From: an uncultured Acidimicrobiales bacterium
GTDB lineage: Bacteria; Actinomycetota; Acidimicrobiia; Acidimicrobiales; UBA10347
Assembly: GCA_943788915.1 (NCBI GenBank)
Contig: CALSSD010000006.1
Location: 186,001 to 250,000 of the forward strand
DNA: 64,000 nucleotides
Direction: 5' to 3'
Made by a program: the position numbers and the translations under genes. Below the pieces are notes generated by a model that saw nothing but the letters and a program-made list of their open reading frames with translations, was not told the DNA's origin and made no database searches. Below are positions 55,185 through 64,000 of the stretch, piece by piece. Positions within the stretch are counted from its first letter, which is position 1, and every line of letters starts with the position of its first letter.

Positions 55185-56800
55185 TTGTGGTGCATGGATC
55201 TGGGCGTGGACTCGGTCAAGACTTCGTACCGGCGTGAGCGCATTTCCCTGTCCACAATAGGTGCCTATAGCGACGACGTCACGAAGGTCACCGTGAGCCC
55301 CAACACCTTTGACACAGGTGGGTATCGCCAGTGAAGAAATGCCGCGAACAAGTCCTGTCAGTACCGGGTTGGGCTGCGCATCGACTGCCAATTTGACCAT
55401 CGCAGGTCGCCACTGAGCAAGATCGTCCAAGGACAAAGACCCGTCGCCAAACCCGTCGACGATGATTGGCACACCGAGTTCTCGCAACCCGTCGACAGTG
55501 TTTCGCTCGCGATCGCCAGCTCCGGCAAGATCTTGGCCATCGATTTCGAAGGCGATGGCTCCGCTACGAAGTCCTTCGGCAGTCAACGCATCATCGACGT
55601 GTTGAACAAACTGTGATGCGGCGAGAGACTGCGTCGACAGATTGATTTGGACACGGGGAGCCTCGGTGCCTAGCGAACGTTGCCATACCCTCGCCAAGGC
55701 GAGAGCTCGACCTAGGACGGCAGCGTCGAACGCCTCGCCGTACTCATGAACCAGTCGGAATAGTTGGTTGGCGTCAGCGATATAGGGCGTGTGGTCGCGC
55801 ACCCGGATAAACAACTCAACGCCGTGAATCCGACCCGTCGCGAGTTCGAAGATCGGTTGAGCTGCAACTCCGAAGCCATTATTGGAAATCGCCTCGAGCA
55901 GGCTTGACCGTAAGGATTCATCCTTCTTGAGTTTCGTATGCATCGCAGTGTCGAACACAGCGATCTGAGAGCCACCGTTTGCCTTAGCGCGGTACATCGC
56001 TGCATCGGCTCTGCGCAGCAGTTCGTTGGCATCAACCTCACCGGATCGGCCGACGGCGATGCCGATGCTTGCCGAGATTGCGTGGTAGCCGCCCACATCC
56101 TGGAATGCCCGGAGAATATTTGTTGCGAGTTCTATGGCTTCGTCGAGGTCGACGGCGTCCTCGTAGATGACGACAAATTCATCGCCACCGAACCGCACCG
56201 CGAGTCCGTTGTCCGGGACCTTTGCTGAGATGCGTTGTGCAGTTTCTATCAATGCCGTATCGCCGACCTCGTGTCCATAACGGTCGTTGATCCTTTTCAG
56301 GCCATCAAGGTCGATGAAAAGAGCGACTAGCAAGGTGTCGCTGTCAAGGTTTCGGCGCACTGCCCCTTCTAGACGTGGCAGCAGTGCCGACCGGGTTGGT
56401 AAACCCGTGAGCGAGTCGAGAACATGCATTGCGAGATCGTCGGTGCTGGTCGACGCGAAGAGTAGCGACGCAAACATTGGTGGATCGGTAAGGTCAGCGG
56501 GATGTGGGGCACCAGCATCGTCGGCGATGGGGCCATGTCAACAGGGTGCTCGCCGACGCGCAAACCGCCCTGCCAAGGGACACCACCCATCACCGCAGGC
56601 AGCGCCCGGTCGGTCAGAAGTGCAAGGTCGGTCGCTGTGAGAAAGGTCGACAGCTTCGCTGGCAGATCGTAGTGTTTGTTGCCGAGAAGAACATGGGCTC
56701 GCTGATTGAGATGTATGACTGTTTGCGCTTCAAGGTCGATAACTGCCCAGCCCTCGTAGCCCGTGTTCGGGGGTTCAGTAGCGTTGCCTGATCCAGTCAT
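55170..56800 (-). CDS. PAS-like + GGDEF + degenerate EAL protein; frameshift within 56478-56537
   Basis: DSLTGLP, FIDLDGLKRINDRYGH, RFGGDEF, ADAAMYRAK. EAL region has ELF, VDGFGDG and VKGV. The N-terminal part (WQGGLRV) is in another frame. Confidence 0.8.
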
Positions 56801-57027
56801 CTGCCATGAGTTTCGTCGGTCGGAACTCAAATTCGCAAGTAAATAGGTCGCTCTGACTATGCGCAGGATCCCGCCCGACGTCACTAAATGCTCAGAACCT
56901 TGCGATTATCTTGTGATTATAAGGAACATAGGTACGGCTCGAAGCGTTGGCTGAGGCCACGGAGTCCCTAGAATTACTGCAACCCCAACTGATGCGCCCC
57001 CACCAGGCGTTCACCGAAGGAAGACAC

Positions 57028-58431
57028 ATGGCGAACACTGACGTAGACCTAGGACTCGGCCGCTACAAACTCGGCTGGAGCGACGAAGAAAACTACGTGT
57101 TCAAACCAAAGAAGGGTCTGTCTACTGACATCGTCAACGAGATGTCGTGGATGAAGGGCGAGCCGCTATGGATGCGTGACTTCCGGATGAAGTCTCTCAC
57201 CCGATTCGAAAAGCGTCCCATGCCAAACTGGGGTGGCGACACCGACGGCATCGATATTGACAACATCTTCTATTACGTCAAACCCATGCAGGGTCAAGCT
57301 AAGGACTGGGACGACGTTCCCGATTCGATCAAGGACACCTACGAGAAGCTGGGTATCCCCGAGGCCGAGCGCAAGTACTTCGCTGGTGTCACTGCGCAGT
57401 ACGAAAGCGAAGTCGTCTATCACAAGAACCGTGTCGATCTTGAAGAACAAGGCGTCATCTTCACCGACATGGACACCGCTCTGCGCGAATACCCCGAACT
57501 GGTCCAGCAGTACTTCGGCAAAATCATCCCGCCGAACGACAACAAGTTCTCGGCCCTTAACTCCGCTGTCTGGTCCGGTGGCAGCTTCATCTATGTGCCG
57601 CCGAATACCGAAGTTGAACTGCCACTGCAGGCTTACTTCCGGATCAACACCGAGAACATGGGTCAGTTCGAGCGCACGCTGATCATCGCCGACGAGGGTT
57701 CGAAGGTTCACTACATCGAAGGTTGCTCGGCACCGGTATACACCACCGACTCACTGCACTCAGCGGTCGTTGAGATTGTGGTCAAGCCACACGCCCGTGT
57801 CACGTACACCACCATTCAAAACTGGTCGAACAATGTGTTCAACCTGGTCACCAAACGAGCCCGAGTCGAAGAGGGCGGCCATATGGAATGGGTCGATGGC
57901 AACATCGGCAGTCGGCTGACCATGAAGTACCCCGCGGTTGTCATGGTTGGACCCAAGGCATCAGGCACTGTTCTGTCCGCCGCCTATGCGGGCCCTGGTC
58001 AGCATCAAGATGCTGGGGCCAAAATGACCCACGCAGCTCCTGAAACCACTTCAAAGATCATCTCCAAGTCGATTTCCAAAGGTGGCGGTCGCACGAGTTA
58101 TCGCGGTCTTGTCCGGGTCGAACCCGATGCATATGGCTGTAAGAGTTTCGTGCAGTGTGATGCGCTCATCCTCGATGACGAGAGCGTTAGCGACACCTAC
58201 CCTTACATGGAGATTGGTTCGCCCGACGCAGTTGTTGGTCACGAAGCCACCGTGTCCAAGGTTGATGGCGAAGCACTGTTCTACCTGATGAGTCGCGGCT
58301 TGTCCGAGGAACAAGCAATGGGCATGATCGTCAATGGTTTCATCGAACCGGTCACACGGGACCTGCCGATGGAATACGCCGTAGAGTGGACCCGCCTGAT
58401 CGAGCTCCAGATGGAAGGCTCTGTCGGGTAA
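57028..58431 (+). CDS. sufB: Fe-S cluster assembly protein SufB
   Basis: [45 protein letters not shown]. Confidence 0.97.
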   Translation: MANTDVDLGLGRYKLGWSDEENYVFKPKKGLSTDIVNEMSWMKGEPLWMRDFRMKSLTRFEKRPMPNWGGDTDGIDIDNIFYYVKPMQGQAKDWDDVPDSIKDTYEKLGIPEAERKYFAGVTAQYESEVVYHKNRVDLEEQGVIFTDMDTALREYPELVQQYFGKIIPPNDNKFSALNSAVWSGGSFIYVPPNTEVELPLQAYFRINTENMGQFERTLIIADEGSKVHYIEGCSAPVYTTDSLHSAVVEIVVKPHARVTYTTIQNWSNNVFNLVTKRARVEEGGHMEWVDGNIGSRLTMKYPAVVMVGPKASGTVLSAAYAGPGQHQDAGAKMTHAAPETTSKIISKSISKGGGRTSYRGLVRVEPDAYGCKSFVQCDALILDDESVSDTYPYMEIGSPDAVVGHEATVSKVDGEALFYLMSRGLSEEQAMGMIVNGFIEPVTRDLPMEYAVEWTRLIELQMEGSVG

Positions 58432-58479
58432 AGGCCCTGTTGATCAACGCAGCTGCGGTTGAAACCCGAGGACACCACC

Positions 58480-58848
58480 ATGCCAATGCGGCAAGACTGC
58501 AAGTATTTCGAGAGCCGCTCGTACCCGAGCGGTGACACCGTCCGTAAGTGCGATCTTGATCTTGCCCCTGAAGCCCCATGGCGGTGTCCCGAGAACTGCA
58601 GTTCGTTTACCCGGCGCCTTGCCGACGTCAACTGGCGGCATGGCTCGTTGGTCACGCCGCCAACGCCAGACGAGCCAAGTTCGCTGGGTGAAGATGACTC
58701 GATCGCAGCGTTGCTTGACTCCGCCGAAGAGATCGTGCGTAATGCCGGTCCGGACATATTTGCCGATATTGAAGAAGAACGAATCGCTAACGAAAAAACC
58801 AACCGAGGTCTCGGTCGCTTTTTCCGCCGCAAGAAGAAAGAGAACTAG
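58480..58848 (+). CDS. Hypothetical four-Cys protein within the suf operon
   Basis: GAGGA RBS. C-x16-C-x11-C-x3-C. Its stop overlaps the sufD start (TAGTG). Confidence 0.8.
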   Translation: MPMRQDCKYFESRSYPSGDTVRKCDLDLAPEAPWRCPENCSSFTRRLADVNWRHGSLVTPPTPDEPSSLGEDDSIAALLDSAEEIVRNAGPDIFADIEEERIANEKTNRGLGRFFRRKKKEN

Positions 58849-60071
58849 TGGACCCCTTTAATTCGGCCACTCACTCCGTGGGTGGCCATGACCGTCGTGC
58901 GCAGGCATCGCAGCATCTCGATGGGGCTTCGCTGCCGAGCTGGGAGCTCGAAGAGTGGCGATATAGCCCCATCGAGGACCTAGAGCTTGAGCGATACACA
59001 GTGGTGGACAACGCAACGCCGCTGACAGCTGATGAACTCGCTGCGCTGCAAGTTCGGTACTCCACACCAAACCTTGTCGTGACCCGCAACGGGCTGGTGA
59101 TTCATGCACAGGGTGTTGTGGAGACCGATGCCTCCGACGATGCGGCTCGCCTCGACACTAACGGTGACCTGTTCGGTGATATGAACGAGCTGTTCGCTCC
59201 CGCTCCGCTTCGGCTCACGGTCAAGGCCGGGGCCATGATCGAAGACGACATCGTCATCGTTCACCTCATCGACCAAGACGGCGCTGCGGTCTTTACCCGG
59301 CTTGTTGTCGACGCTGGCGACTCCAGCGCAGTCAAGATCCTCGAAGTGTTCGAGTCGACCGACATCGATGCACTCGTTGTGCCCCAGATCGAGATTTCCT
59401 GTGGCGGCTCGGCCAACGTCGGGTACGTCGCCCAGCAGCAGCTCGGTCCTCGAGTGTGGCAGGTCGGTTCACAAATCAGCGAGGTCGGCCAACAAGGCAC
59501 CTTCCGATCGTCGATCGCAGCCTTCGGTGGGCACTACGCCCGGATGCGTTCTGACTGTCGTCTTCAAGGTCGGGGCGCCCACGGCGATCTCGACGCAATT
59601 TACTTCGGTGACAGCGATCAAGTGCTCGACTTTCGTACGTTCCAAGACCACAACGCACCAAACACCACCAGCAATCTGTTGTTCAAGGGTGTTGTCGACG
59701 ATGCCTCCCGTGCGATCTACACCGGACTCATCCGTGTCTCCGAAGACGCTCCTGGCACGGTTGCCTTTCAAACGAACAGCAACATCAAGCTTGGTGCTGA
59801 GAGCTGGGCCGAGTCGGTGCCCAACCTCGAGATTGAGACAAACGACGTGAAGTGCAGCCATGCATCAACGGTCGGGCCGATCGACGAGGAACAACGCTTC
59901 TATCTTGAGACTCGGGGTGTGCCACCACATGTCGCCGATCAGCTGATCGTTGCTGGCTTCTTCGACGAGGTCATCGCCGACCTGCCGATCAAGACCACTG
60001 AAACATCGCTACGGGCTGCGATTGCGCAGAAGTTGGGCAGCGGAACACTTGGCGATGTGGTTCCAGCATGA
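58848..60071 (+). CDS. sufD: Fe-S cluster assembly protein SufD
   Basis: EEWRYS, LLFKGVV, SVPNLEI..NDVKCSHASTVG, FYL..RG. Confidence 0.95.
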   Translation: MDPFNSATHSVGGHDRRAQASQHLDGASLPSWELEEWRYSPIEDLELERYTVVDNATPLTADELAALQVRYSTPNLVVTRNGLVIHAQGVVETDASDDAARLDTNGDLFGDMNELFAPAPLRLTVKAGAMIEDDIVIVHLIDQDGAAVFTRLVVDAGDSSAVKILEVFESTDIDALVVPQIEISCGGSANVGYVAQQQLGPRVWQVGSQISEVGQQGTFRSSIAAFGGHYARMRSDCRLQGRGAHGDLDAIYFGDSDQVLDFRTFQDHNAPNTTSNLLFKGVVDDASRAIYTGLIRVSEDAPGTVAFQTNSNIKLGAESWAESVPNLEIETNDVKCSHASTVGPIDEEQRFYLETRGVPPHVADQLIVAGFFDEVIADLPIKTTETSLRAAIAQKLGSGTLGDVVPA

Positions 60072-60436
60072 GCGACGCACCCGCCACGAACCCAACACCA
60101 GTTGTCGTCTGTAACGAGGATGATCTCGAGGTCGGTGAAGCGCGACGTTACGACGTTGCTGATCTCCGACTTGCGGTAGTTCGCGGTAACGATTGCTGGT
60201 TCGTCATCGACGACGAATGCAGCCATGCTGATTACTCGCTGGCCGAGGGCGAAGTCGATCTCGACGACTGCACTATTGAATGCTGGAAACACGGCTCACT
60301 CTTTTCTCTCACCACGGGCAAGCCAGAGACACTGCCGGCGACACGCCCGGTGGGCGTCTATCCCGTGACCGTTGAAGCGGGCGAAGTCATGGTGACGATC
60401 CCCGCACGCACCCCCCAGGCCGGAGACGCACAATGA
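60068..60436 (+). CDS. Rieske-type [2Fe-2S] ferredoxin
   Basis: CSH...C.KHGS.F.L.TG. Confidence 0.92.
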   Translation: MSDAPATNPTPVVVCNEDDLEVGEARRYDVADLRLAVVRGNDCWFVIDDECSHADYSLAEGEVDLDDCTIECWKHGSLFSLTTGKPETLPATRPVGVYPVTVEAGEVMVTIPARTPQAGDAQ

Positions 60437-61257
60437 GCGAACTAATCATCGAAAACCTTTCCGCACGGATCGGCGAGAAACAGATCTTGCGGGGCCTTGA
60501 CCTCACCGTCAGAAGCGGCGAAGTCCATGCGATCATGGGGCCCAACGGTGCTGGTAAGTCGACACTTGCTGCGGTCATGATGGGCCGTCCTGGGTATATC
60601 GTGACCGGCGGTTCCATAAAGCTCGACGGCGTAGAGCTGCTCGATCTTGCTCCCTACCAACGTGCCCAAGCCGGCATGTTCCTCGTCATGCAGTATCCAA
60701 CCGAGGTTCCCGGGGTGCGCGTGCCTGTCATGATGCGCGCTGCCTATGAGGCATCTGGGCGTGACGCCTCCACGGTCGACGCTGCGATCGCGAGCGAGGC
60801 TGAGCGGCTTGAGATCCCCGCAGCACTGCTCGACCGGCCGGTCAATGTGGATTTGTCGGGCGGCGAAAAGAAGCGCAACGAGACGTTGCAGCTCGGTGTG
60901 CTTGCGCCCAAGTTCGCTATTCTTGACGAGCTGGACTCAGGGCTCGACGTCGATGCGATGCGTCTCGCATCGGCTCGCGTCGAACAAGAGACAAACGACA
61001 ACAACATGGGCGTCATAGCGATCACCCACTACAACCGTTTGCTCGCAGAACTTAATGCCGACTGGGTACATGTGCTGGTCAATGGCCGCATCGTGGACTA
61101 CGGCCCCGCCGAGCTGGCGAACGAGATCGAAGCAAGCGGTTATGACCGCTGGATCGCCATGGGCGCAACCGAGATCTCGGTTGGGCTCGGCGGATCACTT
61201 GGTTCGCTGATGACTGTGTCAGCGCCAGCCACATCCGATCCGTTCGCTGATCTTTAG
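60433..61257 (+). CDS. sufC: Fe-S cluster assembly ATPase SufC
   Basis: [40 protein letters not shown]. Confidence 0.96.
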   Translation: MSELIIENLSARIGEKQILRGLDLTVRSGEVHAIMGPNGAGKSTLAAVMMGRPGYIVTGGSIKLDGVELLDLAPYQRAQAGMFLVMQYPTEVPGVRVPVMMRAAYEASGRDASTVDAAIASEAERLEIPAALLDRPVNVDLSGGEKKRNETLQLGVLAPKFAILDELDSGLDVDAMRLASARVEQETNDNNMGVIAITHYNRLLAELNADWVHVLVNGRIVDYGPAELANEIEASGYDRWIAMGATEISVGLGGSLGSLMTVSAPATSDPFADL

Positions 61258-61273
61258 CGGAAGGCCCGCACCG

Positions 61274-61567
61274 ATGGCCCGACCTGGACTGTTACCCGAC
61301 GATGAGATCGAGATTTGGCTTCGGGCCCATCCGTTGTGGCACCGCGACGGTCAGACGCTCAAAAGGTCGTTGCAGTTCGGTGACTTCAGCGAAGCGTTTG
61401 CGTTTATGACGCGGGTCGCACTCGTGGCCGAGAAAGCTGACCATCATCCTGAGTGGTTCAACGTGTACAACCGAGTCGATATCGCGATCACCACGCACGA
61501 TGCGGGTGGGCTGACTGCATACGACACAGATTTCGCCGTTGCCGTCGACGCCATAATGCCTGGCTGA
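61274..61567 (+). CDS. phhB: 4a-hydroxytetrahydrobiopterin dehydratase
   Basis: [27 protein letters not shown]. Confidence 0.92.
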   Translation: MARPGLLPDDEIEIWLRAHPLWHRDGQTLKRSLQFGDFSEAFAFMTRVALVAEKADHHPEWFNVYNRVDIAITTHDAGGLTAYDTDFAVAVDAIMPG

Positions 61568-61606
61568 CGGCCGACGGGTAGTCCTGGCTGACGGCCGACG
61601 GGTAGT
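61559..61606. repeat. Perfect 24-bp tandem duplication including the phhB stop codon
   Basis: CCTGGCTGACGGCCGACGGGTAGT x2. Confidence 0.95.
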
Positions 61607-61615
61607 GTCGCGTAC

Positions 61616-62071
61616 ATGGCACTACTGACCGAGGAACATCTGCGGTGGGTTGGCACGTCTGATCCGCCAGTGACCGTTGAGATCTCTCGCCGAGACATCG
61701 TCAAGTACGCAACAGCGACTGAGCAACGACAAGCCAAGTATCTCGTTGGTGATGAAGCGCCACCGATGTTTATTTTCAACCTCTTTGCTCAGATCCCGAC
61801 CATGGATGACATCCGTGCCGACGGGCTTGCCCGTCGAACGGGCGCAGGCCCATCGCTCCCTCTCAAGCGGATGATGGCAGGTGGGACCAATGTCGAGCTT
61901 CATCGTCCCATTCGAGCCGGTGACGTTCTCACAGCAACCCGCACACTGGTGGCGATGTCCGAGAAAGAGGGTCGTACCGGACCGCTCATCTTTCTGGAAT
62001 ACCAGACCGAAGTAGTCGACGCCGATGGCCATGCAGTGATGTCGGATCATCAAACAGGCATCGCCCGATGA
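61616..62071 (+). CDS. MaoC-like dehydratase N-terminal (hot-dog) subunit
   Basis: DIVKYA.A, APPMF, AGG....HRPIRAGD, KEGRTG. Confidence 0.85.
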   Translation: MALLTEEHLRWVGTSDPPVTVEISRRDIVKYATATEQRQAKYLVGDEAPPMFIFNLFAQIPTMDDIRADGLARRTGAGPSLPLKRMMAGGTNVELHRPIRAGDVLTATRTLVAMSEKEGRTGPLIFLEYQTEVVDADGHAVMSDHQTGIAR

Positions 62072-62562
62072 CTGAGCTAACGCCTCCAGAGCGCCCATCT
62101 GGCGATAGCGCCCATGGTGAAGTTGACGGTCCCCGGCTGGTGCCGACTGCACTTCCTGCGGCTGAACTCCGGGTAGGGGATCTACTCCCGACCCGCACGC
62201 ACCTGGCTACGAACGTGAGCTTGTTCCTCTACAACGCCGCGGTGTGGAACCCGCATCGGATTCACTACGACGCCACGTATGCGACAGACGTCGAGGGCCA
62301 CGCCGGGATCGTGATCGACGGCCCGCTCCAAGGGGATTGGATCACCCAGATTGCACTCAATTGGCTGGGCCCCGACGATGAGCTGGTTCGTTTCAGTTAT
62401 CAGAACCGACTTGCTACTCACTTGGGAGAGACATTAACGAGTGCCGGTAAGGTCGCGGCCGTCGATGTGGCGGCAAGTCTGGTCGAGCTCGAGCTCTTCG
62501 TGATGAACGAGCAGCAGGTTGTGACGACACCGGGCACTGCCACAGTGTTCATCGCACGTTAG
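62068..62562 (+). CDS. MaoC-like dehydratase (hot-dog) subunit
   Basis: WNPHRIHYD..YA, G.VIDGPLQ. ATGA overlap with the previous gene. Confidence 0.85.
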   Translation: MTELTPPERPSGDSAHGEVDGPRLVPTALPAAELRVGDLLPTRTHLATNVSLFLYNAAVWNPHRIHYDATYATDVEGHAGIVIDGPLQGDWITQIALNWLGPDDELVRFSYQNRLATHLGETLTSAGKVAAVDVAASLVELELFVMNEQQVVTTPGTATVFIAR

Positions 62563-63554
62563 ACGACCTGATCGTCGGGTTGAGCTGAGCTCAAGGCCCG
62601 CCACAATGTGCGGTAGTTCGGGTAGCTGTAGTCGGTTGTGACCCACCCTGAGGCCACGAGTTCTCGTTGAAGCTTGGGGAGGTTCCAGTTGGGTACACCC
62701 ATGTCGACGTGGTGGGCGAGGTGGTAGCCAATGTTGAACGGCACGAGCCAGAACGATGCCAACCTGCTTTGTTTCACATCATGGGTGGTCTGCCTCCGAT
62801 CAGCAGAACGCATGAGACCGCCGTGCTCAGCCACCGACCGGAGTCTGTTGATCACCCTCCAGACAGTGATGTGGGGGAGCCACCACAACAACACATACAA
62901 CTCCGGGCGCCCAATAGCGAAGAACGCGGCAACCAGCACGACCTGACAACCCATGATCTTGACAGCTGGTGGCTTGCGACGAACTGCTGCACGGACCAGC
63001 CCTTTGAAGAGCTTGAGGCCGGTTCGGCCAGTTGCGTCGCGAACGAGTTTGCGACGAAAACTTGAGCGAGTGATGGGATAGGCCCGATACAGCGCCATAT
63101 CCGGTTCCTTCGGACCTAGTTCATCGCGGTGGTGATCGATATGGGCTCGCCGGTAGAGCTCGAAGGGAACCCACGACGGGTACGACAGGATCCAGCGTCC
63201 GACGAAGTCATTGACTTTCTTGTTGGTGAAGAGCGTGCGGTGGACGGCTTCGTGACCGAGTGAAGCAAATCGTGCATATTGACGGCCCATAAGAAAGAAC
63301 GCCACGATCCACGACGCAGGATGTGCCAACACGATTGCGAGCCAAACAATAACAATGGGTTCGGCCACGACGAGAGCAACAGCGAGGCCACTGCGGAGGT
63401 CGGGGATTATACGCAACTCGGCGCGAAGCCCTGGAACGGCCTTGCCTCCGGCCAAGAGCCGGTCGGTTGGCAACACGTCGGGGAGCGCGGAGGCGGGTGC
63501 GACCATCTTCCCGAATCCAGGCGGGGCGTCTTTCGGATCTGCGAGCACCGGCAT
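62559..63554 (-). CDS. Fatty acid desaturase family protein
   Basis: His boxes HEAVH, HIDHH and HLAHH, plus AEH. Confidence 0.92.
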   Translation of the reverse strand: MPVLADPKDAPPGFGKMVAPASALPDVLPTDRLLAGGKAVPGLRAELRIIPDLRSGLAVALVVAEPIVIVWLAIVLAHPASWIVAFFLMGRQYARFASLGHEAVHRTLFTNKKVNDFVGRWILSYPSWVPFELYRRAHIDHHRDELGPKEPDMALYRAYPITRSSFRRKLVRDATGRTGLKLFKGLVRAAVRRKPPAVKIMGCQVVLVAAFFAIGRPELYVLLWWLPHITVWRVINRLRSVAEHGGLMRSADRRQTTHDVKQSRLASFWLVPFNIGYHLAHHVDMGVPNWNLPKLQRELVASGWVTTDYSYPNYRTLWRALSSAQPDDQVV

Positions 63555-63574
63555 GGCTAGATCATAGGCCGTTC

Positions 63575-64000
63575 ATGGGATCCGACGAGAGCCGGTACGG
63601 TCATGAGGTGGCCGACTTCGTGAACGATCCGATCGGGGTGTCGACACTCCCTCGTCTCGGCAATGACAACTTCGAGGTGGTCGATCCGAACTGGCTACGG
63701 GTGTCTCTTATCGGTATCGGGCTGTTTGCAACCGCGGTCGTGGCCGCCGGCGGAGTTCTCTTGTTGCTCCTCGATTTCAGCTGGGTTCTTCTTGGCGCGG
63801 TTGTTGGTCTGCTGGTGGCGAGTGGACTCATTGCGATGGGCCGTGTTCTTGAGGTACGCCACATCGCGTATCAGGTACGTCAGCACGATCTTTCGTATCG
63901 AAGTGGTGTTTTGACCAAACGGGTATCGACCGTGCCGTTTGTTCGGGTGCAACATGCCCGTATCCGTCAGGGGCCGGTGCAACGCCGTTTCGGTCTCGCC
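63575..64000 (+). CDS. YdbS-like membrane protein with bacterial PH domain (3' end runs off the window)
   Basis: Manual translation is open to the window end: two TM segments, then YQVRQHDLSYRSGVL...VPFVRVQH..IRQGPVQRRFGLA. Confidence 0.85.
   Translation, partial: MGSDESRYGHEVADFVNDPIGVSTLPRLGNDNFEVVDPNWLRVSLIGIGLFATAVVAAGGVLLLLLDFSWVLLGAVVGLLVASGLIAMGRVLEVRHIAYQVRQHDLSYRSGVLTKRVSTVPFVRVQHARIRQGPVQRRFGLA

Noticed and set aside
56538..56540. In-frame TGT-TGA (C-U) upstream of the GGDEF frame
   Set aside because: The PAS-like coding signal is in a different frame at this point, so the pair is coincidental to the frameshift.

Overview
A 64 kb, GC-rich, gene-dense chromosomal segment. It probably comes from an actinobacterium, and an Acidimicrobiia-like lineage is my inference from the F420-type LLM oxidoreductase, the Leu leader before leuA, frequent leaderless starts and the many acyl-CoA enzymes. 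Most of the content is ordinary metabolism: acyl-CoA/beta-oxidation enzymes, gap, monomeric icd, a GH2 beta-galactosidase, leuA, a glycine riboswitch with gcvP-gcvT-gcvH, class I fumarase, mutY and a suf cluster. The standout is hidden by the ORF track. At 2524-3991, four apparent short ORFs are two genes, each interrupted by an in-frame TGA at a redox-motif position: a GrdB/PrdB-like protein (VPL-U-PVCHQ, UxxC) and an AhpD/CMD-like protein (NECVH-U, CxxU). Each TGA is followed by a SECIS-like hairpin, which suggests a two-gene selenoprotein operon. Also notable: a four-Cys small protein inside the suf operon, a DUF35 fusion whose zinc ribbon has no Cys, an orphan FeeM/LuxI-like acyltransferase, degraded remnants of a peptide deformylase and a GH13 C-terminus, three clear single-base frameshifts plus one probable one, and several tandem duplications centred on stop codons. 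I saw no tRNA, rRNA, CRISPR array, transposase or sel (selABCD) gene. All family calls come from motif recognition by eye, not from database searches.
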